This document shows, piece by piece, positions 51,201-63,737 of a stretch of 64,000 bases of DNA. The position numbers were made by a program, and so were the translations under genes. Where the stretch lies: NCBI RefSeq assembly GCF_006345805.1, contig NC_043006.1:54994001-55058000 (forward strand), in the 5' to 3' direction. How positions within the stretch are numbered: position 1 is the stretch's first letter; each line of letters starts with the position of its first letter. The notes beneath the pieces were generated by a model. It saw nothing but the letters and a program-made list of their open reading frames with translations, was not told the origin of the DNA and made no database searches. The stretch comes from Octopus sinensis. Taxonomy: Eukaryota.

Positions 51201-54200
51201 ATGGGTTTTGGTACTTGCTGGTAATGGTTTAGCAGAGGTAGCCGCAATTCCAGCTAATTTACGGGCAGAGTTAGCATCATATTCGCGTCCATCATAGTTA
51301 GCATCAAAAAACTTTTTGAACCATTGGACGAATTCAAAGTTATCTTGGAATCTTCCTTTCACAAGCCTCTCTACAGGAACAACCTTTGTGAAGAACAATT
51401 GCTTAAAATTTTATTCCTTATACTGAAATGTCAATTTAAATGTAATGCTAAACAGAAAATGCTTCAAGGAATCCTTTAGGATTTAACATATTTTCAATAT
51501 CTTTTAATCTAAACTTTTCTATAGTTGCATGGGTCAGATGGAATTTGTTGAAGCAGATTTTCTATCGTGAAGTCACTTCTGTTGCCAACTCAGACCTGTT
51601 TCCAAGCAAGTTAATATTTCATCAAGGATGACAAGAAACAAACACCACCCTTTGCATACTGGTGATACTCATTTACTATCAGCATATGACGGCAAGACAC
51701 GGTACACAAACACAGTGGGCTTCTTTCAGTTTCCATCTATCAAATTTACACTCAAAGTTTTGGTTTGTCCAAAGTTATAGTAGAAGGCACTCGCCCCAAA
51801 TGCCGTGCAGTGAGACTGAACCTAAGACCACATGGTTGGATGGTAAGCTTCTCAACCACACAACCCATGCCTGCATCTATAACTCTAAAAAAAAAACATT
51901 TCTTCTATCACATCTCAAATCAAAGGTCTGTTACATTGGTGTAGATTTGACAATATCTGATATTAGATATTCCTAAACAACACCAAGCCTTCAATATGGC
52001 TATTATCAACTAACATCTGATAACAAGATGAAGAGGTGAAAATCTTGCATTGTGCTGAAGAAAATCCACCTGTGGAAGCATGCTGTAATGAAAGTTAAAA
52101 CGAGGTAGTGATGACGACTGGACAGTGATACTAAGGGTAGCTGTCTACTATATCCCTGTTAAACCTCCATCTGTTACTCCAATATCTCTTTGATACCCTC
52201 TCATCTCTCTATCACACACCCAAAGTACCATTGTTGTTCCTTCCATTGCTTTGTTCACCCACTCAAGTGGGTTCTACTCTCACCATTCTCCATCTATCTA
52301 CCTTCTTGGCTCTGTTGCTTTAAATGAAGAGACACCACAAGGTAGGTGTCCCCCCACCCCCCAAAAATGTATCTAGTACACTCTAATAAGTGTACTCTAC
52401 AAACAAGCGGAGAAAATTTAGAGTCAAGAAGTCATATTAACATGTTCAAAGACATGAGAATCTCTTCAGTAGTGAAAAATAAAATGCATACATTACATTC
52501 TAAAGCAGTTAGTCTTAGGAAAGGCTTTAGTCAGAGGAATCATATCAAAGATGTAATTTTTTGAAAGCAAGGAAGTCTCAAACTTAAATAAGGATGGAGG
52601 TGAAGACAACTTGTCCAATATAGACAGTACGGAAAATGGATGTAATAACAGCAGTAATGATTATTGATGGGTTTTAAAAAAGCAAAAAAGGAAAGCATTA
52701 GATAAGAGGAAATGTGATGCTAAATGATACTAATCTATACAATAGTCTAGTCTCTTACATCTAGTACCAAGCCAGCATCATCATCATTTAACGTCCGTTT
52801 TCCGTGCTAGCATGGGTTGGACGGTTCAACTGGGGTCTGGGAAGCCAGAAGGCTGCACCAGGCCCGGTCTGATCTGGCAGTGTTTCTACAGCTGGATGCC
52901 CTTCCTAACGCCAACCACTCCGAGAGTGTAGTGGGTGCTTTTTACGTGCCACCAGCACAGGTGCCAGACGAGGCTGGCAGACGGCCACAATCGGATGGTG
53001 CTTTTTACGTGCCACCGGCATATGTCTTTTAAATTAGTTGAAGTATTTAATATGGAGCATTGTTATCACAATTACCTACTAACTTCATTCCTGTGTATGT
53101 CCTTTTTCTGTAAAGCTTTTACAGTTGAATGACCTTAACTATCACCGACCACATCATTGCATAAACTAGGTGCAGCTGGACTAAAAGAGCTCCTCTACTC
53201 CACATCAGTTCTTTTGTCAGATTTTGCAGGGTCTACAACCCTCTTTAGTTCATTAATTCAACACAACAACAATAATGTTTTAAATTTTGACACAATGTGA
53301 GCAATACTTAACTAGTACTTCTACAGAACAGCTCTTTTTGTTAGAAAGTGTAGCCAAATCCCTTTCAGATCACTGTCATCTTAGAAAGGAAGGCTACATT
53401 GGATAAAGTAGTTTTAAATACACTATGCCTGAATAAAAGACAGGATGGTCATAAATGGAACAAGGCGATCTAAGTCTGTTCACTGATGACTGACCTGGAA
53501 TCAATCAATAATTAGTGTGCACACACACACACATTATAAACATTAATGAATGAAACTGATACGCACCTGTTCAACATTAAGCTTGCAAAAACTGGACTGA
53601 AGAAGTTTGAAATTCTGTATATATTCATGTTCTAATCGAGTACTGAATTTAATTTTTTTCAATGGAATACTGCCTGTAAATAAAAAAATTGTAGAATACT
53701 AAATTAGAAACTGATAACTTATTTATATGAGTACTGATAAATTCAAATCTCTAACTCTTGTTGAAAAAATGTCCTGGAAGTAGCAGGGTCTTTGGAAAAG
53801 GCAGTTACATTTTTCTTGTTGAAGTTTCCAATAAAAAACACCACAAAAATATACATAGTGAAGTTAAATTGACAATTTACCTCAATTTACTGTGCTGAGT
53901 TAAACAAAAAATGCAAAGAGCTATCAATTCAAAATAGTGCCCACCTTAGCAGTAGCCAATCACACAGATTAATTTACAATGTGAGAATTCTATGGCTTAA
54001 TACCAGCCACTTTTTAATGCCATGAAAGAAATGGTATATTTTGATTAAACAAGAAATAAGCAGAACAAACATGAGTTGCTACAACAAATACCTTTTCCTG
54101 TAAGACTAATTGAAAGTTGTTTAGAGACAAACTTTAACTCCAACTACATTATTAAACTATAGATGAAACACTCAGCTAGTATCACATTGCTTAAATCTTT

Positions 54201-57200
54201 TATACAGCTGCCAATCTCATGAAAAACATCTTGTGACATGTGAGTTATTCATCAAGCTAAACACCAGCCATCACATAAGTATGCATATTAAGTCTTGGTT
54301 AATTGGGTCATCAGCTTTAGCAGTTCCTTTAAAGTAGTTAACACAGAACAAAAACTACTGTAACAGAAAATATAGTACACATTACACTTTGTAATGTATC
54401 ATAATAGGATTGTCAAGTGTTCTTTCAAGGAAGGGATAGACCATTGTGTTCAGAGTTCACAAAATTCTAAAGAAAGCAGAGTGAGACATGTCATGCATTT
54501 CCATGGATATGTAAACTGTTTGGCTTTTGATATATCTTTTTAATTTGATTGGGCCAACTGAGTTATTAGGCTAGAATATAATTGCCCTGATATCCCATTA
54601 TTTGAATTATACAAGAACAAGTAAAAGTAGGCAACAAGGAAAACATCTGGCCATAAAACCCTACCTTAATTCCCTGTCATGCTACAGAGAACAATGTTAA
54701 AATGAATAAACATGCATACATAAAACTTACCTGGAAATAAAATATCCATGAACTGTGCATAGGCTGCACCTGTAAAAATAGAAGGGGAAAAAAAGGCCTT
54801 AAGAGAAAGGAATAAGTTAAAAAAATATTGTCCATCAATATTATTGCACTCATCTCTTTGCTCAATAAAAGACAACCTATTTAAAACATCTGCTTTTAGT
54901 ATTTTTCAATGTAAAAGTGATCTTCATCCAGCCCAAAACATGGTCAACTGTCTATAATATCATTGGGCAACCACTTTGTTTTTTGAAAAAGCATGTCCAA
55001 TTTGTGGACAGATATGGCTACATGATTAAAATGTTTGCATTGCAAGCAACAATTATGATACCACAGTATGATACTTGGGATCGTTTGCTACTATAGCCTT
55101 GGACTGACCAAAGCTTTGTGAGTGAAGTTTAGCTGGTATGAAAATCCTGATAGTCCATTATCGTTCAACCATCTTATCATGTGTCTTTAGAGGACTCCTC
55201 TCTGTTGTATGAAGTCTTGGGTTTTAATGTGTATATATTAAATAAAGCACTCTGATGTAGAAATATATATGTAAGCATGTGGATCAAGAATGGAACCCTG
55301 TGGTGCACAAATTAACATGATTTTCCACTGAGTAGAAATACAAGTTGACAAAATGTCAAGTAAGATTTAAAATACACATTAACATGAGCTGGTAGAATCA
55401 TTAGCACACCAGCCAAAATGCTTAACAGCATACCATCTGTCTTTACATTCCAAGTTCAAATTCCTCTAAGGTCGACTGTGCCTTTTATCCTTACAGAGTG
55501 AATAAACTATACCAGTTGCACACTGGGGTTCATGTAATCGACTTACGTCTGCTCCCAAAATTGATGGCCTTGTGCCAAAATTTAAAACTAATATATATGC
55601 AGTCATGGCTATGTGGTTAAGAAGTTTGCTCCTAAACTATGTAGTTTAGGGTTTAGCTGAGAAAGTAAGCTTCACTGGATCTGTAATGCTAGTGTGCATG
55701 AATGGCATGGTACAAATAATCCGAGAGATAAATTAGGTACAAGTCAGGTGTAGTGTGCAAGAAAGAAGTCTGCATTAGTACAGGCATGTAAAGTAATGAA
55801 GTACAGAATTGGTCAGATGAGAGGGTATGCACCATTGCAGTGCATTGCTTCATTCACCATTTGTCAATATACTCCCAGGTTCACATAGGCAACTTGTCAA
55901 GCAGAGTCCCAGTTAGTCCCTATCTCAGCCAGACACCTCCTCCTCTGCTGTGATTATGTGGCATATGGTTGACCAACATGAGCCGCCAACCTAGCCAGAT
56001 CTTCAGTGAAGAGAAGACGGTGAGCAGGATCTAACTTGGACAAACATTCTGAGCTGGAATTCTTGAATCATACAAGCAATAGGACACATCCCAGTCTCTG
56101 AGTGGCAAACATTTGTCCTCCTGCACAGATATTGGTAGCACCAAACATCCTTGTCCAATGAGTCCACAACTGCACCAACTCATTCTTGTCTTTTCTGGAC
56201 TTTAGACTTTCAGCTAATGCTGCTATGAATCTTCTGGTGAAATGAGAAGTGGTCAACAATTTTGACATTCTCACCCCAATAGAAACAGATAAGGTAGAGT
56301 CTTCCAGGAAGACAACGAAAGAATGGATCTTTGTCGTGACCCAAGAGACTTTAAGGTCAAGTGGTCTCGCTTTCTTACTTAGTGAAAGGAGAAAGCTCTA
56401 TAAGACATCCAGAGACTCAGCAAAATCTAGGCTTGTAATTCTAGTTTCACCAATGAGTGCACAACTTGATCGAACCACCATTCAGCAAAATATCCAATCC
56501 ACGCAGGCATTGAACAGAGTGGGAGCCAAGACACAACCCTGACTGACACCAGATCTAACTGGGGAAAAAGTTAAATGTTGAGCCTCCAATCTAAACTGCA
56601 CTGACTGTTCTGTGTATAAGACCAAGGAAGATATGAGCAGAAGTAATGAAAGCTATATCAGGACGTTTAACTTGACGATGGAACACAACAAATGGTATGT
56701 CACTGTGTTGGAAAAGATCTGTTCAACCCATGCAAACATGGAAAATGAATGTAAAAATGGTAAGTATAAACATACATATGTAGGCTTCTGTGCAGTTTTC
56801 CTCTACAAACCTAACTCTGAAAGTGTAGGTTAAACTGAGGGAATAGTATGTCACTATCTCTGTGTGATTGAACTGAGAACCATGTGGTCATAAGCTGAAC
56901 ATAACCACACAACCATGCATGAGAGCAGACTAATTTGCACAAAATATGAACAAATAATGGTTGCTGGAGAGTACAGCAATTAGCTTAAACACTCCCTTTC
57001 AACTGCCTCCGAAGATGCTTGGAAAGCAGGGGATTGCAGCCAACCACCACCACCCTTTGTACCAAATACAAAAAAAAAAAAGTCTATTCCAGCCAGTCAG
57101 ATTTTAGAAACTATATTGATAAATCAATAATTGAGCCAATAAGGAAATCTCAGAAAGGTTACTCAAACAACTAGAAATAACAGTTAAAACTTCTGCAAGT

Positions 57201-59169
57201 TGCCAAGTACTATATGCTCAAAACTGAATATTTATGATCATAGGTTTTCTCAAACATGACCGAGGGTTAAAACAGCTGCAGCAGCAATTTTTTCCTTTTT
57301 ACTTGTTTCAGTCACTGGACTATGGCCATGCTATGGCACTGCCTTGAAGGGGGTTACAGTTGAACAAATCAAACCCTCCTCACCCCACCCAGTACTTAGT
57401 CCCTTTTGCTGGACTGTGAAGTTATAGGGTTGTAAAACTAACCAGCACTAGTTGTCAAGTGGTGGTGGGAGGAGCAAAACACAAACTCTCCCTCACACTC
57501 ACACATGACGGACTCCTTCCACTTTCCACCTACCAAATCCATGTACAACATTTTGGTCAGTCCAAGGAGCCACAAAGTTGGACAGAATCTGGAACCATTT
57601 GGTTGGGAAGCAAAATTTTCACCACATAACTGAATAGTTCTTCCATAATGACAAAGGTTTAGATACATATCACATGAGCTTGCAGTTAGATGATTGTTCA
57701 ATCCAGAACTTGTACAATATGAATTAAGTCCATTTTCTTTGGACTTAATCTTTTTATGACACAATGGTAGCATTGATAATGAAATTAAATTTGCAAAGTA
57801 ATGTGCCCTTACTTGAATGCATATGTAAGGATTTGCTTTCGCTATCATCTAGATAATCATGCATTATAGCTTTAAGATTTCAATGATGTGATTATTTTAA
57901 GAATAATCATTGTTCAGTTGGGCATGGATCTGGGCCAGATATGGCCGGTTTAACCCTTTCGTTACCAAACCGCCCGAAAAAAATTTTGGTTAATGTGACC
58001 AAACCGCCCAAATTTACCTATTCATATTTAAATGAGAATATCAGAGCAAATCTCTTTATACATTCGTGAAAATAAGTATTATACTTCGTAAAGAGTTCAA
58101 CTACAGTTTTGTACAAAAATCGAAGTGTAATTTTAATTCCGTGAATTTTGGGAGATTTTTTTCCGAAATTTGTTCCTATTGTGTTTTCAAAATTTGTAAT
58201 TCTGACAAAAAATGGATACGAATTTCATTATATCAAGCAGCGAGTCAGAATTCGAAGAATCTTCTACTGAAGACCTTCATAAATCTAACTCTATGACTGA
58301 AAAAAAAAAAGCATGTGGTATTTGATAATGAATCTGATGTTTCATTTTCCGAAAGTGAAAACAGTGAATCCGAGAGCTCCAACAGCGATAAAGAAAATGA
58401 ATTGGCACCTGAATGGAGTGAAAATTTAAAAACTGTTTCTTTCGGTGATTTTTCTGAAGAAACTGGACCAAGCCACAGACTTTCCCAGAAGAGTAAAGCC
58501 TTAGACTATTTCTTTTTACTTTTTCGAATGAGCCTATTTTAAATCATTATGGCGGAAACGAACCATTACGCTAAATGTAAACAAAACGAAAGAAAGCATA
58601 GTTAGTTGTTTCCCATAACCTTAAATGAAATTAAGACTATTTTGCCATAAATATTATTATGGGTATCAGAAAGTTACCCAGAATAACAAATTCTATCGTA
58701 AAATTTTGTTGTATACCCAATTGAATATTAGCTAATAACCCATTTTCTATAGCGATGTTTGAACAAAATTTTAATAATTTTATAGAATTTACCTGTATTT
58801 ACCTGCAATTAGAGTCACTTTGTGACAAAAATTATGGTATAGAATTGGTTGAGAACATTTCATTAAATTATCTTCCAAAATTCACGTTAATATATTGATA
58901 AATAAAAAAGTTATAGTTGTTTAATGAAACCAGACTAAATTTATGATTATGTTAGAAGTTAATTGAAACACATAAGGGGTGTATTTTGGTCAGAAATATA
59001 GTAACGAAAGGGTTAAATGCTGAAGGGTTAATGTAAAAAGAAAAATACCTGTACACAATTCTTCAATTTTTGTGTAATTTAAATCCAAGCTTGAATTCAA
59101 CCAAGCAAGTATATCATGTCTACTGAGGTCTCCTACTGTAGCATTTGTGCTGAAAACATTCACAGCCAT
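36221..59169 (-). CDS. MAPRE1: Microtubule end-binding protein EB1 (RP/EB family), complete spliced CDS. Exons 59169-59049, 54769-54731, 53673-53567, 51383-51155, 47461-47367, 45374-45228, 36289-36221
   Basis: 807 nt = 268 aa plus stop, all GT-AG with matching phases. CH domain (MAVNVFST...[56 protein letters not shown]), EBH domain ([16 protein letters not shown]) and C-terminal EEY. Probably co-orthologous to vertebrate MAPRE1/2/3. Confidence 0.96.
36836..41266. repeat. Long-range inverted repeat: arms 36836-37168 and 40961-41266, about 3.8-kb spacer
   Basis: gtggtacacattggttccttgtgg...gctttcctctttataaaa versus its reverse complement. A few substitutions, plus a 20-bp tandem duplication in the left arm only. 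Confidence 0.93.
44327..44396. repeat. 28-bp tandem repeat, about 2.5 units
   Basis: gtgata(c/g)tgatgaataaccaa(t/c)gtccat repeated. Confidence 0.85.
45228..45374 (-). CDS. MAPRE1: EB1 EBH-domain exon ([23 protein letters not shown]...ILYATE)
   Basis: Acceptor tttttttaatag, donor GAG|gtaaac. Confidence 0.95.
45688..46121. mobile_element. Mariner-type MITE, 434 bp
   Basis: Perfect 25-bp TIR TCAGGTCATCCCATAAGTTCTGTCC, with TA TSD on both sides. Confidence 0.88.
47150..47360 (-). mobile_element. TTAA MITE family copy abutting an EB1 donor
   Basis: taaccctttagtattcagatt...ggtttaaatgcaaaggggttaa. Confidence 0.78.
47367..47461 (-). CDS. MAPRE1: EB1 linker exon ([32 protein letters not shown])
   Basis: Acceptor ttttttcttccag, donor CAG|gtttgt, phase 1 to 0. 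Confidence 0.88.
49760..49987 (-). mobile_element. TTAA MITE family copy (well preserved)
   Basis: ttaaccctttagtg...cactaaagggttaa: perfect terminal inverted repeats with TTAA ends. Confidence 0.85.
50582..50947 (+). mobile_element. Non-autonomous Helitron-type element, copy 2
   Basis: A|TCTCTATATATATAAACGGC...tgtctgtgtg...gacctggcaacgacgggtc-atagtgCTAG. Confidence 0.75.
51155..51383 (-). CDS. MAPRE1: EB1 exon ([18 protein letters not shown]...TTTRQ)
   Basis: Acceptor ttcttcacaaag, donor G|gtaagt. Confidence 0.95.
53567..53673 (-). CDS. MAPRE1: EB1 exon ([36 protein letters not shown])
   Basis: Acceptor tttttatttacag, donor CAG|gtgcgt. Not in the ORF track; translated by hand. Confidence 0.93.
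54731..54769 (-). CDS. MAPRE1: EB1 39-nt exon ([13 protein letters not shown])
   Basis: Acceptor tatttttacag, donor G|gtaagt, phase 1-1. Confidence 0.93.
55960..56550 (-). mobile_element. LINE reverse-transcriptase remnant
   Basis: Minus strand reads [19 protein letters not shown]...[11 protein letters not shown]...[10 protein letters not shown], with stops and frameshifts. Confidence 0.75.
57850..59031 (-). mobile_element. TTAA MITE family copy, split by piggyBac copy 2
   Basis: ataatcatgcatta...gggccagatatggccggt[TTAA insert TTAA]atgctgaagggttaa. Confidence 0.7.
57954..59012 (+). mobile_element. Internally deleted piggyBac-family element, copy 2
   Basis: TTAA TSDs at 57950-53 and 59013-16, same TIRs, near-identical to copy 1 in the opposite orientation. 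Transposase remnant starts at ATG 58212 and is frameshifted in an A-run. Confidence 0.88.
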
Positions 59170-59182
59170 TATGATGGCACGC
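59049..59182 (-). CDS. MAPRE1: EB1 first coding exon (ATG at 59169)
   Basis: Acceptor atttgcag at 59184-59183. Encodes [40 protein letters not shown]. Donor G|gtattt. 121 coding nt. Confidence 0.93.
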
Positions 59183-61101
59183 CTGCAAATAAAATAGATG
59201 GCATTAATTTTCTTTGATATGAAATCATTTTCAAAAGAGAGTATCATAAAAACATATAATCCACTTACATTTCATTAATACTGATTTCAAATTTTGGCAC
59301 AAAGTCAGCAATCAATTTAAAGCGATGGGTTAGGTCAATTACATTGACCCCAGTGTTCAACTGGTACTTATTTTATCAACCTCAAAAGGACAAAAGGTAA
59401 AGGCAACAATGGCAGAATTTGAATAACATAAAGACAGATGAAATGTAGCTTAAGCATTTTGCCTGGCTTGCTAACAGTTCTGTCAGCTGACTTCAGACCT
59501 GGGTTTATATTAAGGGATATGAAAAATTAAACACCATAAATTCCAAGTTGTTTTACACAAGTCAATGGAAGAACCTCTATGTTCACTGAAATTGCAAGAA
59601 GTAGCAGACAAATCTCCCTCAAATCACAACCTAGCACCTTGGAAAAAAAAAAAAAATTCATGTGGTCTTGAGTAGGCACCTAGGAAAAGGATGGAATGCA
59701 TTTGATCATGGAATGGCAATCAGGGCTAACCTACAGCTAAACAATAACAAAGATGGTGGCAGTAATCCTTGAGAAAAGTAAATAAAGACAGACACCTCAT
59801 CCTGTGAAATTTTGTTTTTATTTAACATGTATTTCCAAGCTAGCAATGTATTGGATGGAGGATGAAGCAACATTTTACAGCTGAATGCCCTTTCTGTTAC
59901 CACCATAATCTGTTTTCCAAGTTGCAGGGATCAGTGGGTAAAGTCAAGAAATACAAAACATCATTCTGTTTAGATGGTGACAAGCATAACTGTGGAATGT
60001 CAACATTAGTGGATATGCACACTCATACCCACTACACTTTGTAAAGTAGCTGGTGCTAAGAGGGCACCCAATTGTAGGTACCAAACCAAAACAAAGACAC
60101 AGAAGCAAGATGTGGTCCTTCAATCTGTTGGAACCTGATGAGCTGTCTAACCCATGCTAGCATGGGAAGCAGAGAACATGGTGATAACCAATAGTTTGTG
60201 TCATTCTGCTCAGAAGGCATTGGTTAAATGGGCACTACACTAGAAGATAATTACCTGTCCGAGGCACTGCACAAAGTGGTTGAAACACAAACCATATGGT
60301 TACAAAGCAAATTTACCATCACAGCCATCCCTGTGTTACAATGTTTTATATGAGTATTTTTTTTTTATTGATATTACAAATAACATTATAACTGTGTGTT
60401 TAAAAGATTTCTAAAAAAATAATACTTTTGATTCCATTGGGAATGCCACCATCTGTGTTGAAACCATAATTGGTATCATCATCATATGCAATCCTGACCT
60501 GCTTTGAGTGAGTAATGTGTGAACAACCTGTGTATGTGTGTGTCTATATATACACACATACATACATATATATATATTGTACTTATGTTTAGTTGTAACC
60601 TTCAAAGCGCAAGCATACACTGTGTGTGTGGGTAAAAGCAACTAAGAGGAAATTTTTGATTAAGATGTATTCTTTTCATCAGGCACTGAATACACCACCC
60701 CATGTGTGTGTGTGTTGTTGTTCTTGCAGACAGAACTATCTTGCTGAGAAGCCTGCTTCCCAACCATGTGGATTGGGGTTCAATCTGACTGCAAGTTACT
60801 TTGAGCAAGTGTCTTCTACATTTCCAAGCTGACCAAAACCTTGTGAGTGGATTTGGTAGATGGAAACTGATAGAAACCCATTGTATATTTCTGTGTCTAC
60901 TTTCTTGACAATATACAAGAGTTGTAAATGAGTGCCACTATCATACAAATGATTTTTTCAATTTCAATCTTCAGTGAAATCTTGCTTGGAAACAGGAAAG
61001 GCATCTGACTAAAAAAAATTTGCCTCCACAAATTTTATCTTGTTCATGCAAACATGAAAAAGCAGATGTTAAAACTAATACCACGTGTGTGTGTGTATGT
61101 A

Positions 61102-61993
61102 TCAGTTTGGTAAGAAAGTTCTTGGACACTTTTAACATATCACTTTATTAACAATTAAAAAAAAACACAACAAAGAACAATCAATTCAAAAGGTAATCAC
61201 CATCGTTATCAATCACCTTTTGCCATCTTTCAGGTAAAGTTTTGAATCCTTTCATTAAGAAATCGCGTGGCTTTGAATCAATAAAGTTGTAAAGGAACAA
61301 TTTCACATCTTTGTTTTCAAACTGTATTGCCAATCGCATGTTGCAAGGCAGAGAATAAGTGGTAGTCAGAAGGGGCAAGGGCAGGAGAATACAGTGAGTG
61401 CACCATAATCTCCCAGCCCACCTCCTTCAGCTTCTCTGACACCTTCTTTGCATGATGTGCTGGCATGTTGTCTTGGTGGTAAACTATCTTCTACAAATTT
61501 GAGCGTTTTTTAGCCAGCGCGATCTTTAGACGGTCGATTTGTTCGCAGTAGACATCCTTGTCAATGGTGGTATTGTGTGGAAGAAGATCCAACATGATTA
61601 CACCATGGCAATCGCACCAAACGGAGATCATAACTTTCTTTTGCAAAAGCAGTCCTTTGGTGAAGGTATTAGCTGTTGACAATTGCTGCAATAAGATCGT
61701 CTGCGTCTCACGGAGGACAGTACCCACATTTCACCCATAGTGATTACTGACTCCAACCAATAGAACTTTTGGCCTCACTAGAGCAGACCTTGACATGCAG
61801 TGACATGTGCTTGTTTGTTCGCTTCAGTCAATTCATGTGGTACCCATTTTCCAAGCTTGCTGACCTTGCTGAGACAATGCAGGTGGTTGATGATCGTAAC
61901 ATGGGAGACACCAAACTGAACCGTAAGTTGAAGTGCAGTTTGCATTGGATTGGTTTCAATGACTTGTCCAAGAACTTTCTTACCAATGAAACA
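61102..61993 (-). mobile_element. Degenerate mariner (DD34D-type) element
   Basis: TIRs ttggtaagaaagttcttggaca / tgtccaagaactttcttaccaa, TA flanks. Remnants KKVMISVWCD..GVI..DLL..NTTIDKD.YCEQ and G.KTLPERWQKVIDNDGDY. Confidence 0.88.
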
Positions 61994-62516
61994 TAATATA
62001 TATGCTTAACAAGGATCATCCAGCTATAGAAAACACACACACTGTGTATATGTACAGTGTGTAACCATGAATATATATCTTTTATATAGAAAAATATTGA
62101 CAAGTAGTAAGAAATCAATAGACAACAAATACCTATTATTTATGCAATAACCTTTAATAGTAAAATTTTATTACATTCAATACATTTTATTAAGATTAAT
62201 ATATCTCACATCTGACTCCATTATTTACTGTATGGGTACACTAGTTAAAAAATATTCAAGTTACAAAAGCAGGAAACATTCAATATCAAAAAACAGATTG
62301 TTTTAATGTCCACTTTTCTATGTTTGTATGGGTCAGATACAATTTGTTGAGACAGATTTTCTGTCATCAAATCTCACTTATTTCCAAGTAAAGAAATACT
62401 TCCCCATGACCAGGCACGTTTTCATGGAAGATTATAAATGAAGGATATCACTTGCATAATTGTGTCACTCATTTACAACCAAAGGGTAATGTCATGGCAA
62501 GGAGACAGTAACATAC

Positions 62517-62583
<67 letters not shown>

Positions 62584-63737
62584 ACACACACTCACGGAGT
62601 GGTTGGCGTTAGGAAGGGCATCCAGCTGTAGAAACACTGCCAGATCTGACTGGCCTGGTGCAGCCTTCGGGCTTTCCAGACCCCAGTTGAACCGTCCAAC
62701 CCATGCTAGCATGGAAAGCAGACGTTAAACGATGATGATGATACACAATGGACTTCTTTTGGTTTCTGTTTACCAAATCTATTCACAAGGCTTTGGTTGA
62801 CCTGGGCTTATTGTAGAAGACATTTGCCCATAGTTCCTCAAAGTAGAACTGAACCTGGACCTCACTATGGAAAAGTTCTAAGCATGGAAGTTTATATTAG
62901 AGGCCACCTCTCTTGGTTGCACCACTTCAGCTGCCCCATTCACTAATATCAAAAGCAAAATATCTCTGACTCTCCTCAACAAACTTGTCTACTTGTCAAA
63001 CTTGTCATACATCAACCTCTCAACACCTTGCATAAAGTGACAACTATTTTCTCTCTCTCTCAGGCACGAGTGGGGCTTTTTTTTTTTTTAGTCTTGTGAG
63101 TTACAACATGACATAAATAGAGCTGATATCATGAGAAAAGTACCCAGTTCACTCTGTAAGGTGGTTGGCATAACAAAAAGCATCCAGCTTTAGAAAGCAT
63201 ACTAAAATTGAGACACTAGAGCAAGTCATGATCTTCCTAACCCCTGCATCCTGTCTAACCATCCAATCTATGCCAGCAAAATAGAAAGCAGAAATAAGAA
63301 TGATTTCTAGTAAACTGAGCTGTTGTATAGTTCCAATTGTGGTAATCCTGTTGTTCTGTGTATCAAGAACTACATTGTTTCAGTATAATCTTTAAGTTGA
63401 TAGAATATGATTTGTGAGATTTATCTGTAATTCTGAGCAGGTCAAATGAGCATGTGTTACATTCTAAATTTGTCTGCCAATGAGAGACACTCTCTATCCC
63501 CTACTTTCTGTTTCATGTGGTGCTTGAATTAAAGCAGAGGTAAGATGTAATTGTTATTAGAGCCTATATGAGTTTTGACATAGCTACAGAAAGTGATATG
63601 GGAGAGGGGGAGACGGCTCCTTGGTTACATCAGTACATAAACTTCGTTAAAAGGTTATATAAATGATACGACAATCAACTTTTTGGAAGAAAAAAAAAAT
63701 CCTATCTACATTGTGTATTTGCTAAAAAAATTCAACT

